NCBI GenBank assembly: GCA_002189035.1
Contig: NEEC01000008.1
Span: 248,001 to 312,000, forward strand
Direction of reading: 5' to 3'
DNA length: 64,000 bases
From: Utricularia gibba
Taxonomy: Eukaryota; Plantae; Magnoliophyta
In this document: positions 52,036-63,907 of the stretch, in pieces
Layout of the letters: every line of letters begins with the position of its first letter
Position numbering within the stretch: the stretch's first letter is position 1
Position numbers and translations under genes: made by a program
Notes under the pieces: generated by a model
Told to the model about the DNA's origin: nothing
The model's input: the letters and a program-made list of their open reading frames with translations, nothing else
Database searches by the model: none

Positions 52036-52182
52036 ATTTTCTCCAATTAATTATTTGAGAAATAATCCATGATTCAAAGAACCCTACGTTATTCTTTCTT
52101 CGTATTTGGTTGTGACCTCCCGCCTCTTTGAACTGGTGACTCGATTCCGATGTTTCCATTGCTCGGATGGTAGATTTAGTCT

Positions 52183-54037
52183 ATGAGGGACAAGATTTGC
52201 AAGCTAGTGAAGAATGGATTCTACAAGGAAGCAATTTCTCTGTTCACCAAGCGTCACGCCTTCGCTATTGCTCCAACAGATTTCACTTTTCCATACATCC
52301 TTAAGGCCTGCTCTGAGCTGAAAGCAGTCACCTATGGCGAAATGCTCCACGCCCACATATTGAAATCCGGATATACGAGTACTCATACTGTTACCGATTT
52401 GACTAACATGTACATGAAGATTGGTTGGGTCGATAGTGCAGCCAAGTTGTTCGATGAAATTCCTATTCCAGCATTATCTATTCTTAACGTTGTTATTTCT
52501 GGGTTTGGGCAAAATGGTTTTTTCGAAGAGGGTTTTTCAATATTTAAAGTGTTCTGTGTGCCTAATGCTCGGGTTGACTCAGTTACAATAGCTGGAGTGA
52601 CATCTAGTTGCAGGAATGTAGTCATTGGCGTACAGGTTCATTGTCTAGCGGTTAAGATTGGTGTGGAAAAGGAACACTTTGCGGCAACATCGTTGATGAC
52701 CATGTACTTGAGTTGTGCAGAACTGAATTCTGCTGAAAGATTTTTTGATTTGATTGAAAACAAGGGTGTAATCTGCTATGCTGCATACTTGTCAGGACTC
52801 GCGCAGAATGGAGTTGTTGAGATAGTAATACGGGTTTTTCGGGAAATGCTGGGATTGTTACATGAGCGGCCTACTGGAGTGACAGTTATAGCTGCCCTCT
52901 CTGCTTGTGGTAATGGAAAGCTTATTCGGTTTGGTAGGCAGCTTCATGCGCTTATAATAAAACTGGAGTTGGAATCCCATACCAAAGTAGGGACTAGTCT
53001 TGTGGATATGTATTCAAAATGTGGATCTTGCCAATGTTCCATTGCTGCATTTAGAGAAATGGAAGGCACCAAGAACCTTATAACGTGGAATTCAATGATT
53101 GCAGGATTACTCCGGAATGGTCAACATGAGAATGCTATCATTCTTTTTGCTGAGTTAGAATGTGGAGGGCTGAAACCTGATATTGTTACATGGAATTCTT
53201 TAATTAGCGTTTTTTTCGAGCTTAGGAAAAGCTGAAGAAGCCCTGCTCTTTTTCAGAAAGATGCTTGCATGTGATGTAAATCCAAATGAAAAATGTATTA
53301 CTAGTTTGTTAGCTGTTTGTTCATCATGTTCCCTGGAAAAGTTTGGAAGGCAAATTCATGCATATTCTGCAAGAACAGGATTCATTGATGACCAAATTTT
53401 GGGTACGGCTATTATTGACATGTACATGAAATCCGGGCAACCTTCGTTAGCATTTAATGTTTTCAACCAGTTTCATATGAAGCCAAATGATCCAGCATTC
53501 TGGAATGCGATGATTTCTGGGTACAGTAAAAATGGGCTAAGTGATGCTGCTTTTGGTATTTTCGACCAAATGGTAGCACAGAAAATCATACCAAATTCAA
53601 TTACTCTCAGTTGCCTATTGTCCCTCTGCAGTCACACTGGTCAGCTAGAGAAGGGTTTTGAGATTTTCAGGTTATTGACAGTAAAATATGGTTTGGATCC
53701 AACTCCAAACCATATGAGTATATTGATTGACCTTCTCAGTCGTGTTGGTCGTCTAGACGAGGCTTTTGATCTTCTTAAGGCAGAAGATAAAAATTCTTCT
53801 GTCACAGGCTTGGCTTGTCTGCTTGATGCTGCTAAGGGTCATTTAGAACCCAAGCTAGGAGAGGAAATGAGCCAAAGAATGTTAGACTTGCAGCCTGAAA
53901 ACCCTATCCCTTTTGTGATTTTGTCCAACATTTATGCAGGTCTAGAGAAGTGGAAAGATGTACATATGGTAAGACAGTTGATGGATGAGAAGGGACTTAA
54001 AAAACTCCCTGGCGTCAGTTCCGTGAGAGTAGCTTAA
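52183..54037 (+). CDS. PLS-class (E subgroup) pentatricopeptide repeat protein, intronless, resembling Arabidopsis At2g02750, with a +1 frameshift in a T7 run at 53210-53216
   Basis: P/L/S motifs (FTFPYILKAC, VGTSLVDMYSKCG, NLITWNSMIAG, PDIVTWNSLIS) and an E domain (PFVILSNIYAG..W.DV..VRQLM..KGLKKLPG). The ORFs 52183-53235 and 53261-54037 join if one T is removed (SVFSSLGKAEEALLFFRKML). Confidence 0.88.
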
Positions 54038-55789
54038 GAACCAGCATACAGATCTCAGCTTGAAAACTGTAGAATCTATCCTCTGCTGCACCACAAGCAT
54101 GCATTTCAGAAAAATTGCAGCAGATGCCGTCTTTAGAACCATTAACTGAATGGTCCTTCGGCAGCTAGTGAACATTATCCTCGTGGCGTTGCTGCTAGAA
54201 CGATGCTTCGAGTCTGTGCAGATTGAACCATCCATGTACCCTTTTGCTTCATAAGCATTGGCAACACAACAGTGCACTTAGCTTCTTCAATATAAGCTTG
54301 GCCTGCATGGGCTAGAACGATACTCGAGTTTAGGATCATTTTTTACATTCACGTAGAATTACAATTGTACATTTGTGAAGTATGTAAGGTTAATTTTTGT
54401 TTTTTTAAATTAATTTAAAATACATTTAATATTTTCAATTACTAGTTTTATTAATGGTAAACAGTTTTTATTAATTCAAAATTTTCATTTAAGATACATT
54501 TTCAAGCACTAAAGTAGAGTTTAATGATCTTTGGAAAAAAACATGTATTTTTAAGATTTTATTTCCAATTTTTTATAAAAAAGTATAATAATATTTCAAA
54601 ATAACATATGGTTTTTAAAGTATTATTTCCAAATGTTTAAAAACAAGGTTTGCTGTGTTTGGAAACTTAATAATTTGATGAAACAAATATAAGATTCGGA
54701 TTATGATTCAGACAAAATAAATGCGATGTCTTAAAATTATAGGGATCGTATCATCATCACTAATATCATCTTAACCCTAATAAGAACCTGATTATTCAAT
54801 AAACTACTCGAGTCCACCAAAGTCCTTTCATTTACTTAACTTTTTTATTTGTCTTTAATTAAATTTGAGGATAAATATGTTACTCTATCCTTCCCTTAAA
54901 TCTATTCGTATTTGATAAGAAAAGAATGACAAAATTCAATTATTATAAATTTTAAAATAATGGACATATTCACCTTTTTTTTATTCTAAAGTGTCACATT
55001 GTTTTTAGCTAATGGATTAAACGAATAACAATACTTGCCAACCAATCATAAAACAAAAAACAATGCAAAATAAAGCAAATTTCAAAGAAAAAGTTAAACA
55101 ATTTGTTTTCAATTTATTCCTAGCAAGTATGTGTTTTTGCACTTGAATTCTTCATATTATCTAGAAATGTGAATTCTTTTAATTTCTTTGTTTTTCAATT
55201 TTTTTCTCCCTTTTATTCTTCAAGTCTCATTTGAAGTCATGTTTGCATACTTTTATTCTCATCTCTTTTCCTTCTTTTTTTTTTACTTCCTTAGTATATG
55301 CGTGTACTGTCATTTCCTATTTTTCTAGTTTTTTTTCTCTTTCGATCTCCATTTTACTATTTATATTCTAGGATAGACTTTGCTATATCTAAACTTTTCG
55401 AAATGTGATCCATGAAATGTTTAATTGTACTTAGGTAGATAGGATTAGACCAAAATTTCATATCATTAATTTAGTCTCAATCTTGATTAAAAGATGAAAG
55501 TTGCATTACATAAACATTTTCAGAAATATCAAAATTCATAGTAAAATTTTCATTTTCATAGTAAACTATATCAATTTCCCTAACTAAAAATAATCAACAA
55601 TTATGTGATATCATTTACTCTCTCTATTAAAGTCTAATTCGACTAATCCAATCATTTTCAATTCTCTTTGTAACATAATATATTAATAATCTTTGCTACA
55701 CTTATTATCAAGCTTAATTTGAAATTGTTTCTCTTATTAATTTCATGTAAAAAGCTATTATATAGATGTCAATCACAACACGAATATGA

Positions 55790-56220
55790 GATGAATTTGA
55801 ACTTAATAACTTTCTACCAAAGAAAGTTTTCATTCACATGTTGTCAAGTGAGCAACCCAACTACTCCACCATACTTAGTAGTGATAACTAATTTCTATAT
55901 AAGCCCTTCTCAACCTAAATAGCATCATCTTTTCATTTATCATTTTTAATTTCTTGATATTCAATTGTCACATTGACTACGATTTAATAGTTAACGATGC
56001 ATTTTGTAATAATCTCCCCAAGCTAAAAGAAACAACTTTTGATTGGCAAGACAGTTAAGATGGCTTTGCAAGAGTTAGATGTTTTCTTATCAATAGTAAC
56101 ATGCATATCTGTTGCTTATACTTTTCTTCCACTTTTTTCAATTAACTTATCCGTTGAACTTCTAAAGGGAATTCCAATATAATTGGAGGGGAGGGAATCA
56201 ATAACTTAGCCAAGTGAAGC
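55790..56220 (-). mobile_element. Decayed LINE (L1-type) ORF2 fragment, C-terminal to the RT
   Basis: Minus strand IDSLPSNYIGIPF..LIEKVEEK resembles LPxxYLGxPL..LIEKI. KLVITTKYGG..HVNENFLW*KVIKF resembles W.KVC.PK..GG...N.ALL.KW.WRF. Confidence 0.55.
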
Positions 56221-57154
56221 TGTCGTATGAAGTATGATAGTTTATAATATATTTACATTCATCATACTGATTGTGTGTAAATTTATACATAGACTTAAAA
56301 CATTAGCAAAAATCATTATTAATTACATTATTTTTTAATATTTCTATTGCTCCACTTATCAAGTACTGTGCGGGTCATTTTCAAAACCACCAACTGCAAA
56401 AAAACCCAATTCCAAAACCATCCACTGTGTGTACTATGTGTACAAAACCACTCATCCTAACTTTTTCTTTTCTTTTTTGAATTACTTTTATTCTTAGATA
56501 TCGTACACATTTAAATATAATAAATATATACATTTAAATAATATAATTTCTGTTATAAATATGTCAAATTTTTTTAAAACACTGTTTATGTCACTCAAAC
56601 TAACTAATTAATAAAATATTTTTAAAAAATTACTCATAATTATAATTGTATAATTTTAAAATAAAAATACACATATTTATATTTCTAATATTCCTCAAGA
56701 TATTTACGTTTTTTTGAAATTACAAATATAATACATATATATTATATGTATCATTATTTTTGAACATATAATAATAGAAATCATATTTTTCTATATAATA
56801 TAATGATATTTTGATTAATGAAAACAAATTTTACATATATTAATTTATATTGAAATTGATGCCTACAATATAAATTATAGTGTCCGAGATTTTTAAGCAC
56901 CATAATAATCTATTACAGTTACTAGAAATGTACAACAATTTTGAAATAATAACAAAATATAATATTTATATTTATAATATTCCACAAGATATTCGATTTT
57001 TTTGAAAAAATACAAAGATATATCTTATATGAATCATTATAATACATATATATCTATAATGTGTCGATTTTTTTTATAATACAATAATAGAATTCATGTT
57101 TTACTATATACTAATTGTATTTCAATTTTACATATGTTACCTTATGTTGATCAA

Positions 57155-57705
57155 TCACTACAATTCATCAATTACAGTTACCAGAAATGAAAGTAATATA
57201 AGTAATACGATAATTCTCTATTTTTTACAATCACTGTAATCATGAATTACAGTTATCAGAAATAAAAGTAATATAAGCAAAACGAAAATTGTTTATTTTT
57301 CCAATCCTCGTAATCATCAATTACAGTTACCCAAAATGAAAGTAATATAAAGAAAATGACAATTACTTATTTCTGGCGATCACTGTAATTCATCAATTAT
57401 AGTTGCTAGAAATGAAAGTAATATAAGCAAAATGAAAATTGTTTATTTTTTCCAATCCTTGTAATCATCAATTACAGTTATTAGAAATGAATGTAACCAA
57501 AACGAAAATTGTTTATTTTTACCAATCCCTGTAATCATCAATTACAGTTACCAGAAATGAATGTAACCAAAACGAAAATTGTTTATTTTTGCCAATCCCT
57601 ATAATCATCAATTACAGTTACGAAAAACAAAAGTAATATAAAGGAAACGATAATTGCATAATTATGCTGATCACTGTAATTCATCAATTACAGTTGCCAG
57701 GAAAA
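57155..57705. repeat. Tandem array A, about 8 units of 70-76 bp
   Basis: (G/A)TAATCATCAATTACAGTTA recurs at 57461, 57531 and 57601 (period 70). Units contain the hairpin (A)CTGTAAT(T)-CATC-AATTACAG(T). Confidence 0.92.
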
Positions 57706-57735
57706 TAATATTTTACATATTGATAATATTAATCC

Positions 57736-60462
57736 TTATTTCATAAACGACCCAAAAAATTTACGCATATGTGACTTCTGCTTCCTAGGCTGTTGAGTAG
57801 ACAAGCTTGGAAGATCAAACATAGTGTTCATACCTTGAGGTCGTTCTTGAATAGATGACCGTGGTTGTTGAGAAACACCTTCGAAATCATGGAGATATGG
57901 TACATCAATAGATACCCGATGGCTGTGAGGTGGACTATGTGCAGGTGAAGCTGTATCTTGTGAAAATCTTGGTCTCCCACTATGTCTACTTCTCCTTCCT
58001 ATGCTCCTTCCCCTATCCATATTCATCCTATATCGCGAACTACGTGTACGACCATGTCTAATCATCTTTTTACGTGTAGGATCATGAATGAGGGGCATTG
58101 TTGCTGACCAATGTCTCTCTGCTTGAAGTGGATGAAATTGGACCTTGTATGCTTTCAACAAATGTTGTTGTAAGTGTATGGGATCCACATATTGTCTTGA
58201 ATCAACTCCAAGTCTCTTGCACGCTTGAAATAAGCATGTCTTTTATATTGAATAAATGAAAATTATTAAATCATAGTCTAACCTTTTGTGCATGTGAGCA
58301 TGGTATTCCATAATTTTGCCCTCCTTGATGCGCACCACACAAATGTTATCTTTCCCATTTGCTTTCCTTCGGTTGATTACATGAACTATCATTTTGTAGC
58401 GATCATAAATCTCTACTCTTGAATAAGGATGAGACTTGTCCCAATGATCAAACAATCGTTGTGCTTGTGTCGAAAGGACTTGATTCTTCCTTTGTGGCCT
58501 CTAGTGCCAACTCCAAACCTTCTGAAATATACTTTTTGCATCGAGCAAATGTAGCCTGCATGTTATTACATTCAAAATTTTCGGTAAATTTAAAACACAA
58601 AACACAAATTAATCATACTTGAGCCAATGCCGTAAGTGGGAGATGTCGTGCTCCTTTCAAAACACCGTTCATTCCTTCAACTTGATTGGTAGTCATTGTT
58701 CCATATCTTCGGCCACCATCGTGAGATATTGTCCAAGCCTCGGAGTAACATTCATTAAGTAGTTCCAAGCCACAATATTTATCATTCTAAGCTCTTCCAT
58801 ATAATCATAGAATTTCTCCATGTACCCGGTGAATGATGCTTTAAGGAAAAACGTTCGAACCGGCTCAGATTTAAATCTGTCAAAGAAATTTGCTCGAAAA
58901 TGGCGAAAGCGATAGCGATGACATCCTCCAAATTCTTCACTGAATGCTGTAACTCTGATTGCTGCCTTTCGAATAGAGTCACATCTATCAGAAATCAAGC
59001 ACGTGGGTTTTCCCAAAGTAATGTAAGTTCCCACTAACTCTAGAAACCATAGCCAAGAAGCATCAGTTTCTTCATCTACTATGGCAAAGGCAAGCGGCAA
59101 AATCTTTCCACATTGAGAGACGGTCACCGCAATGAGCATTTTGTGCCTGTATGTCGCATACAAGTGCGTTGCATCGACTGAAATAACCGGACGGGTGTGC
59201 TGGTAGGCATGTATACATGGTCCAAACGCCCAGAAGTAATAGTGCAATGTGACTCCATCTTCCTTATTCCTCCATTGGATTACGGTGCCTGGATTTTGTA
59301 AGACAACTTCATTTAAGAAAGCTGGAAGTTTCTTTACTGATTCCTCCCATGTGCCATACACCTTCTCAAAGGCCTTTCGCATTCCATACCATGCACGTTT
59401 GTACGGTACTTCATAACCAGTTCTATCCAACACAGCTGCAATAATAGTTGACACTTTGGTCCCAATGTCTGCTTCAATATATGGCTTGGCAATCTTAGAG
59501 ATATAATCATGATTGATGTTTCTGTGAATAAAGAATCCCGCCCCCTACCGCTTGCATGTGTGAGGCTCAATAAGCTTTGAGATCTTCCATTTTCCCAACC
59601 ATTTATAATGAGCTGTGCGAATCCTCCAGTGACAATTTTGAGTGTCACGTTGTTTGCAATACATCTCCAAGACTCTAGGTTCAGTGTCACCAACAGTGAA
59701 CTCCTTTCCAATTTCAATGGAAAATTCTCTAACTTGTCTTCGAAAATCTTCTTTATCTTCAAATAGATCACCTTCCTTAAATCTCGGTTCATATTGATGT
59801 GTGTATACTCCATGATTACTTGATTCTTCCTCTATATCATGTAAACCTGAGTTAGGAAACCATTCCGATTCAAAACTTGCGTTTCCTTCAAGCACATTCT
59901 CTTCGCCTTCTGAGTTTTGAGGAGTATGATCAATATCGGGAACCTCATTTTCATTAGTGAATTGTATAAATGAATCGCCATCAACATTTTGGGTTGGACC
60001 GAAATCATAATTCACATATTCATCTATAGAAAAATAGAATATCATAAAATTAAAAAAAACATATACAATTTCGAAATTTACAAGAAAGAAATAGTCATTA
60101 CCGTTGTCTCCAATTTGTGAGTGAGATTCTTCTGAAAAAAATGGGTCATATTCCACAAATAAATCCACCGGAGCAATAACATGGTTAGGTTCATGAAGAT
60201 AATCTAGGTTGCTCTGTGCCTCTAAATTCAAATACCTCGTTTCTCTAGTCACAACATCAAAAAACTGGGCTGATAATCTAAGATTGAACCTCAAAGAAGA
60301 CAATTGAACAATCTCATATAACCTTGCTTTTAATTCTTCCAATGAAATATCGGCATCTGACTAAAAAAACTGGATTGGTGCCACATTATAACTTACATAA
60401 TTCCCGTAATTAAAGATTTGACCTTCAAAGAAGACCTTGTATGAGACAGATCTGAAGACCAT
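57736..60462 (-). pseudogene. MuDR (MURA-like) transposase with introns, in-frame TAG stops at 60361 and 59545 and a frameshift near 58740
   Basis: MuDR domain FKEGDLFEDKEDFRRQVREFSI..CHWRI..PHTC; DDE core SVDATH, ISDRC and NQVEGMN; SWIM relic GIPCSHA (about 58300); C-terminal GRTRSSRYRMNMD. Probable ATG at 60462. Confidence 0.92.
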
Positions 60463-61050
60463 CCAAATAGAGAGATATGTAAGAATGAGGTTGCAAGAAG
60501 ATGAGGTTCTGAAGAAGTATGAAAGAATGGTTTTCAAAACCCTTTCAATTTGAACAATTCGGTCATGTAATTGGGGCATGTGAGTCCAAAACATGGGGAC
60601 ACATGTCAGTAGACTTTATTGATCTTGGAACATGTAGCTGTCGATGTTGTCGGCTGATAATGGAATATAGGCGGTACACCGCAATGGAGAAACTAGTGAG
60701 CAGCCAAAGATATAATCAAAATTACACAAATTAATAAAGATTTAGTATGTTTAACAACCTAAAAACGTGTGATTAAGTGTATGTGTATGATGCAATAGAG
60801 AGTAAGTGTATACTTTTCCTGTTTTTATAGTAAAAAAAGTCGAAATCGAAGAATTTTTCACAATGAAACACATTCTCATTACTGCATCTAAAACACTTCA
60901 TATACATTCATTTCACATTTTTTTGAATCTTATTCATGTATGTAACAAAAATTGTAATAAGTTGCAAATGATATGTAATTCATAACTATGTTCAATATAT
61001 GATCATATTTTTTAATCTCGTCTTCAAAACATTAATCAGATTGATTTATA

Positions 61051-61127
61051 GGGTTTAGGGTTTAGGGTAAACCTCGTTTACCCTAAACCCCAAATATGGT
61101 CACCATATATTCAATTACGGTGACCAT
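61051..61127. promoter_or_regulatory. Telomere-repeat (telo-box) palindrome plus a second palindrome in the divergent promoter
   Basis: GGGTTTAGGGTAAAC-CTC-GTTTACCCTAAACCC (61058-61090, perfect 15-bp arms), preceded by one more GGGTTTA; ATGGTCACC (61096-61104) and GGTGACCAT (61119-61127). Confidence 0.75.
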
Positions 61128-61559
61128 CCGTAAATCTGCTATTTTTAGCAGAATCGCGTCAATTTTACTTCGCGCGCCTTCCACTTATCACATGCTACAG
61201 TTTTTTTGATTGAATAAGTATCATTCGGTTCCCGATAAAACAAACTGACAATTTTCCTGAATTTATTAAATTGGGGTTTAAAAAAAATTAATTACTTTAA
61301 AAATTTATTTACACCATTCTTCTCTTCCTTCTTCAACCACCATATCAATCTTCACATTTCAAAGGTTTTTTCACGCAGAATAGGTATGCTTTATGTGTAA
61401 TTTTTGTTTATGTTTTTTTATATCTTAATGGTTATAGTATTGGGTTCTCTATTTCACGAGGATCTGAAAGCATACAAGATTTGTTTTATCTGCAAATTTT
61501 CGTTACTGTATTGATCAATGTTGTGAGTGAATCTAAAAAGGATGGATGGATTTCTTTTT

Positions 61560-62295
61560 TTTTTGAAATTATAGTCACCATAATGCGTTTGTTACAATGC
61601 ATTGCTCTGAAAGTATCCTCACTCTTTTTCATTTTGAAATTACGGTCACTATAATGTGCAAAGATCTCAAAGCATATGAAACGTTATTTTACTCTTGTCA
61701 CTGTATTGTGCAATAATTGCGGTGTGTGGCTCTGAAAGTATGCATATGTTTATTATATTTTGGATTTGTAGTCACTGTAATTCGTTTGATTGCATTGCGT
61801 GGATTTTCTCGTTTGATTGTGGTGTGTGGCTTTGAAAGTATGCGAAATTTATTTTATTGTGAAATTTTAGTCACTGTAATGCGATCATCGCGGTGTGTGG
61901 CTATGAAATTATGCGAAGTTTATTTTATTGTGACATTTTAGTCACTGTATCTCTTTTATTGTGGTGTGTGGCCATGAAATTATGTGAAGTTGATTTTATT
62001 GTGACATTTTAGTCACTATATCTCTTTCATTGCGATGTGTGGCTATGAAATTATGTGAAGTTTATTTTATCGTGAAATTTTAGTCATTGTAATGCCTTCA
62101 TTGCAGTGTGTGGCTATTAAATTATACAACGCTTATTTTATTATGAAATTTGAGTCACTAAAATGCTTTCATTGCAGTGTGTGGCTATGAAATTTTAGTC
62201 ACTGTAATGCTTTCATTGCGGTGTGTAGCTATAAAATTATACGAAATTTATTTTATTATGAAATTTTAGTCACTGAAATGCTTTCATTACAGTTT
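61560..62295. repeat. Tandem array B, about 9 units of about 71 bp, in the putative first intron of the accessory gene
   Basis: GA(A/C)ATTT(T/G)AGTCA(C/T)T starts at 61861, 61932, 62003, 62074 and 62145 (period 71), then 62189 (truncated) and 62260. Units contain GTGTGTGGCTATGAAATT. Donor TAG|GTATG at 61384; acceptor TGCAG at 62335. Confidence 0.92.
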
Positions 62296-62335
62296 ATGAA
62301 TTTGAAAGTATCCATTTTCATTGTTATTTATGCAG

Positions 62336-63875
62336 ACATAAACACATCAAAAAAGTTGAGGCTTCGATTCAATATTCCTACAGAATATCAATTGTGGGAT
62401 AAGGAAGAGGATGAAGAGATCGTTGGTGATATTCCAGAACGTGTTGGTCCTAGGGGTTTTGCTATCAGTACTGAGCACCTTAGATGTGACTTGTGTGTGC
62501 CAGTGGTACCATTTATGTTGCAAGTTTTGACATGCCTTCAAATTCCATTTTCACATTTGACTCCTAAGTCAGTGGCATATATATTGGCATGTGTTTACAT
62601 TGCTTGTGAGGAAAGCATTCCCCTAGAATCGTCTATTTTTTTGCTGTGAGCATGTGTAGTAGAATAAAGGATTCACCAAATTATGTGATAAAGGGTAAGT
62701 CTACAATTAAATTAGTGAAAGGTCTACGAAGTGGCTATGATAGTTGGTGGAAAGTTTTGTATGGGTTTCTCTCTTGAAGATTTACCAAATGATTTCCCAC
62801 GCACACTTCCAAATTCTCATCTTATTGGAAAACCACAAGGTATTTTATGTGTTAAACAATTTTTTATACTATGTTCTTTTATGAGAATTGTTCTGATTTT
62901 ATTGATCTAATTTACTTATGCTTACTATTAGGTGTTGAGATGTTACCAAGGGATGTCGTTGATGAATTCATTGCTTTCTTTAAAGGACAGACTAGGTCAT
63001 TGACTACAATCTTACCTTCCATCTTTAGAATACGGGGCACAGCCAAGTTTTGGTGTGGGAAAAAAAGAATTACAAAGAAGGATGATGATGTGGATGATCA
63101 AAGTGGAAATGATGCTGATAATTTACATGAAGATGTGGCGGTTGACAATGAAACAAATGATTTGGCAGCTGAAAATGAGGCGTTGAAGCAGCAACTAAAG
63201 TGATATCAATCCAGATGGCCTTCTTTCTATGAATCAAGTAGTCATATTCCAACGGTGCGGAAATTAGTAGTATTCGACGTCAATGGGATTTTTGCTGATA
63301 TTATTTTTCATTCATCATCAACCATCAAAGGGCATCCAGATAAGCGGATTTATGGGCGAGCAGGTATGGTATTTATTTAGTATTTCACACATTTGCAACA
63401 TATAGTTAGTTGCTAATTTATTGACTTGACTTTATTGCATATGTTATATTTTCAGTGTTTTTAAGACCAAATGCTAGGGAGTTTATGGAATGGTGTATGC
63501 AACATTTTGATGTTGCACTATGGTCCTCATGTGGAGGGTAATATACAAAATATTATATTATCTTTTTTATATATATGTTTTACATGTTATTCTTTTTGTA
63601 ACAGTGCACAACTAAACCAAGTCGAATATTGGATGTTTGGCGAGAAGATGTCAAATTTGGCATTCATATGGGATGGAACGAAATGCATCACCACAAACCT
63701 TCGAGTCCTCAAGAAGCCAACAAGTATAGTTTTGCTGAAAGAGTTGCGAAAAATATGGGAGGATGATGTTTTTCATGGCCGATATACACATGGTAACACC
63801 TTGTTTGTAGATGATTCATCATACAAGTCTACAACAAATCCAATAATAATTTTAGTTAAAAATTTCATAAGTTAA
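62336..63875 (+). pseudogene. MULE accessory gene: Transposase_28-like domain, acidic/coiled-coil linker and FCP1/NIF-type HAD phosphatase domain; exons about 62336-62839, 62932-63363, 63456-63537, 63605-63842+
   Basis: LRLRFNIP..VPVVPFMLQVL..IPFSHLTPKSVAYILAC..KLVKGLRSGYDSWWK. Then, in one frame across a single TGA (63201): RKLVVFDVNGIFAD..GRA|VFLRPNAREFMEWCMQHFDVALWSS..|..LAFIWDGTKC..LLKELRKIW..GNTLFVDDSSYK..NP. Three GT-AG introns with matching phases (1, 1, 2). Confidence 0.82.
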
Positions 63876-63907
63876 ATTTTATTTTTTTAGTTTAAATTAT
63901 ACTCTGA

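Noticed and set aside
53942-54277. 111-aa minus-strand ORF overlapping the PPR 3' end
   Set aside because: TTG start, no domain, and it overlaps the PPR CDS antisense.
57155-62295. Regularly spaced repeats resembling CRISPR arrays
   Set aside because: Whole units are homologous (no unique spacers), there are no cas genes, and the context is a eukaryotic transposon.
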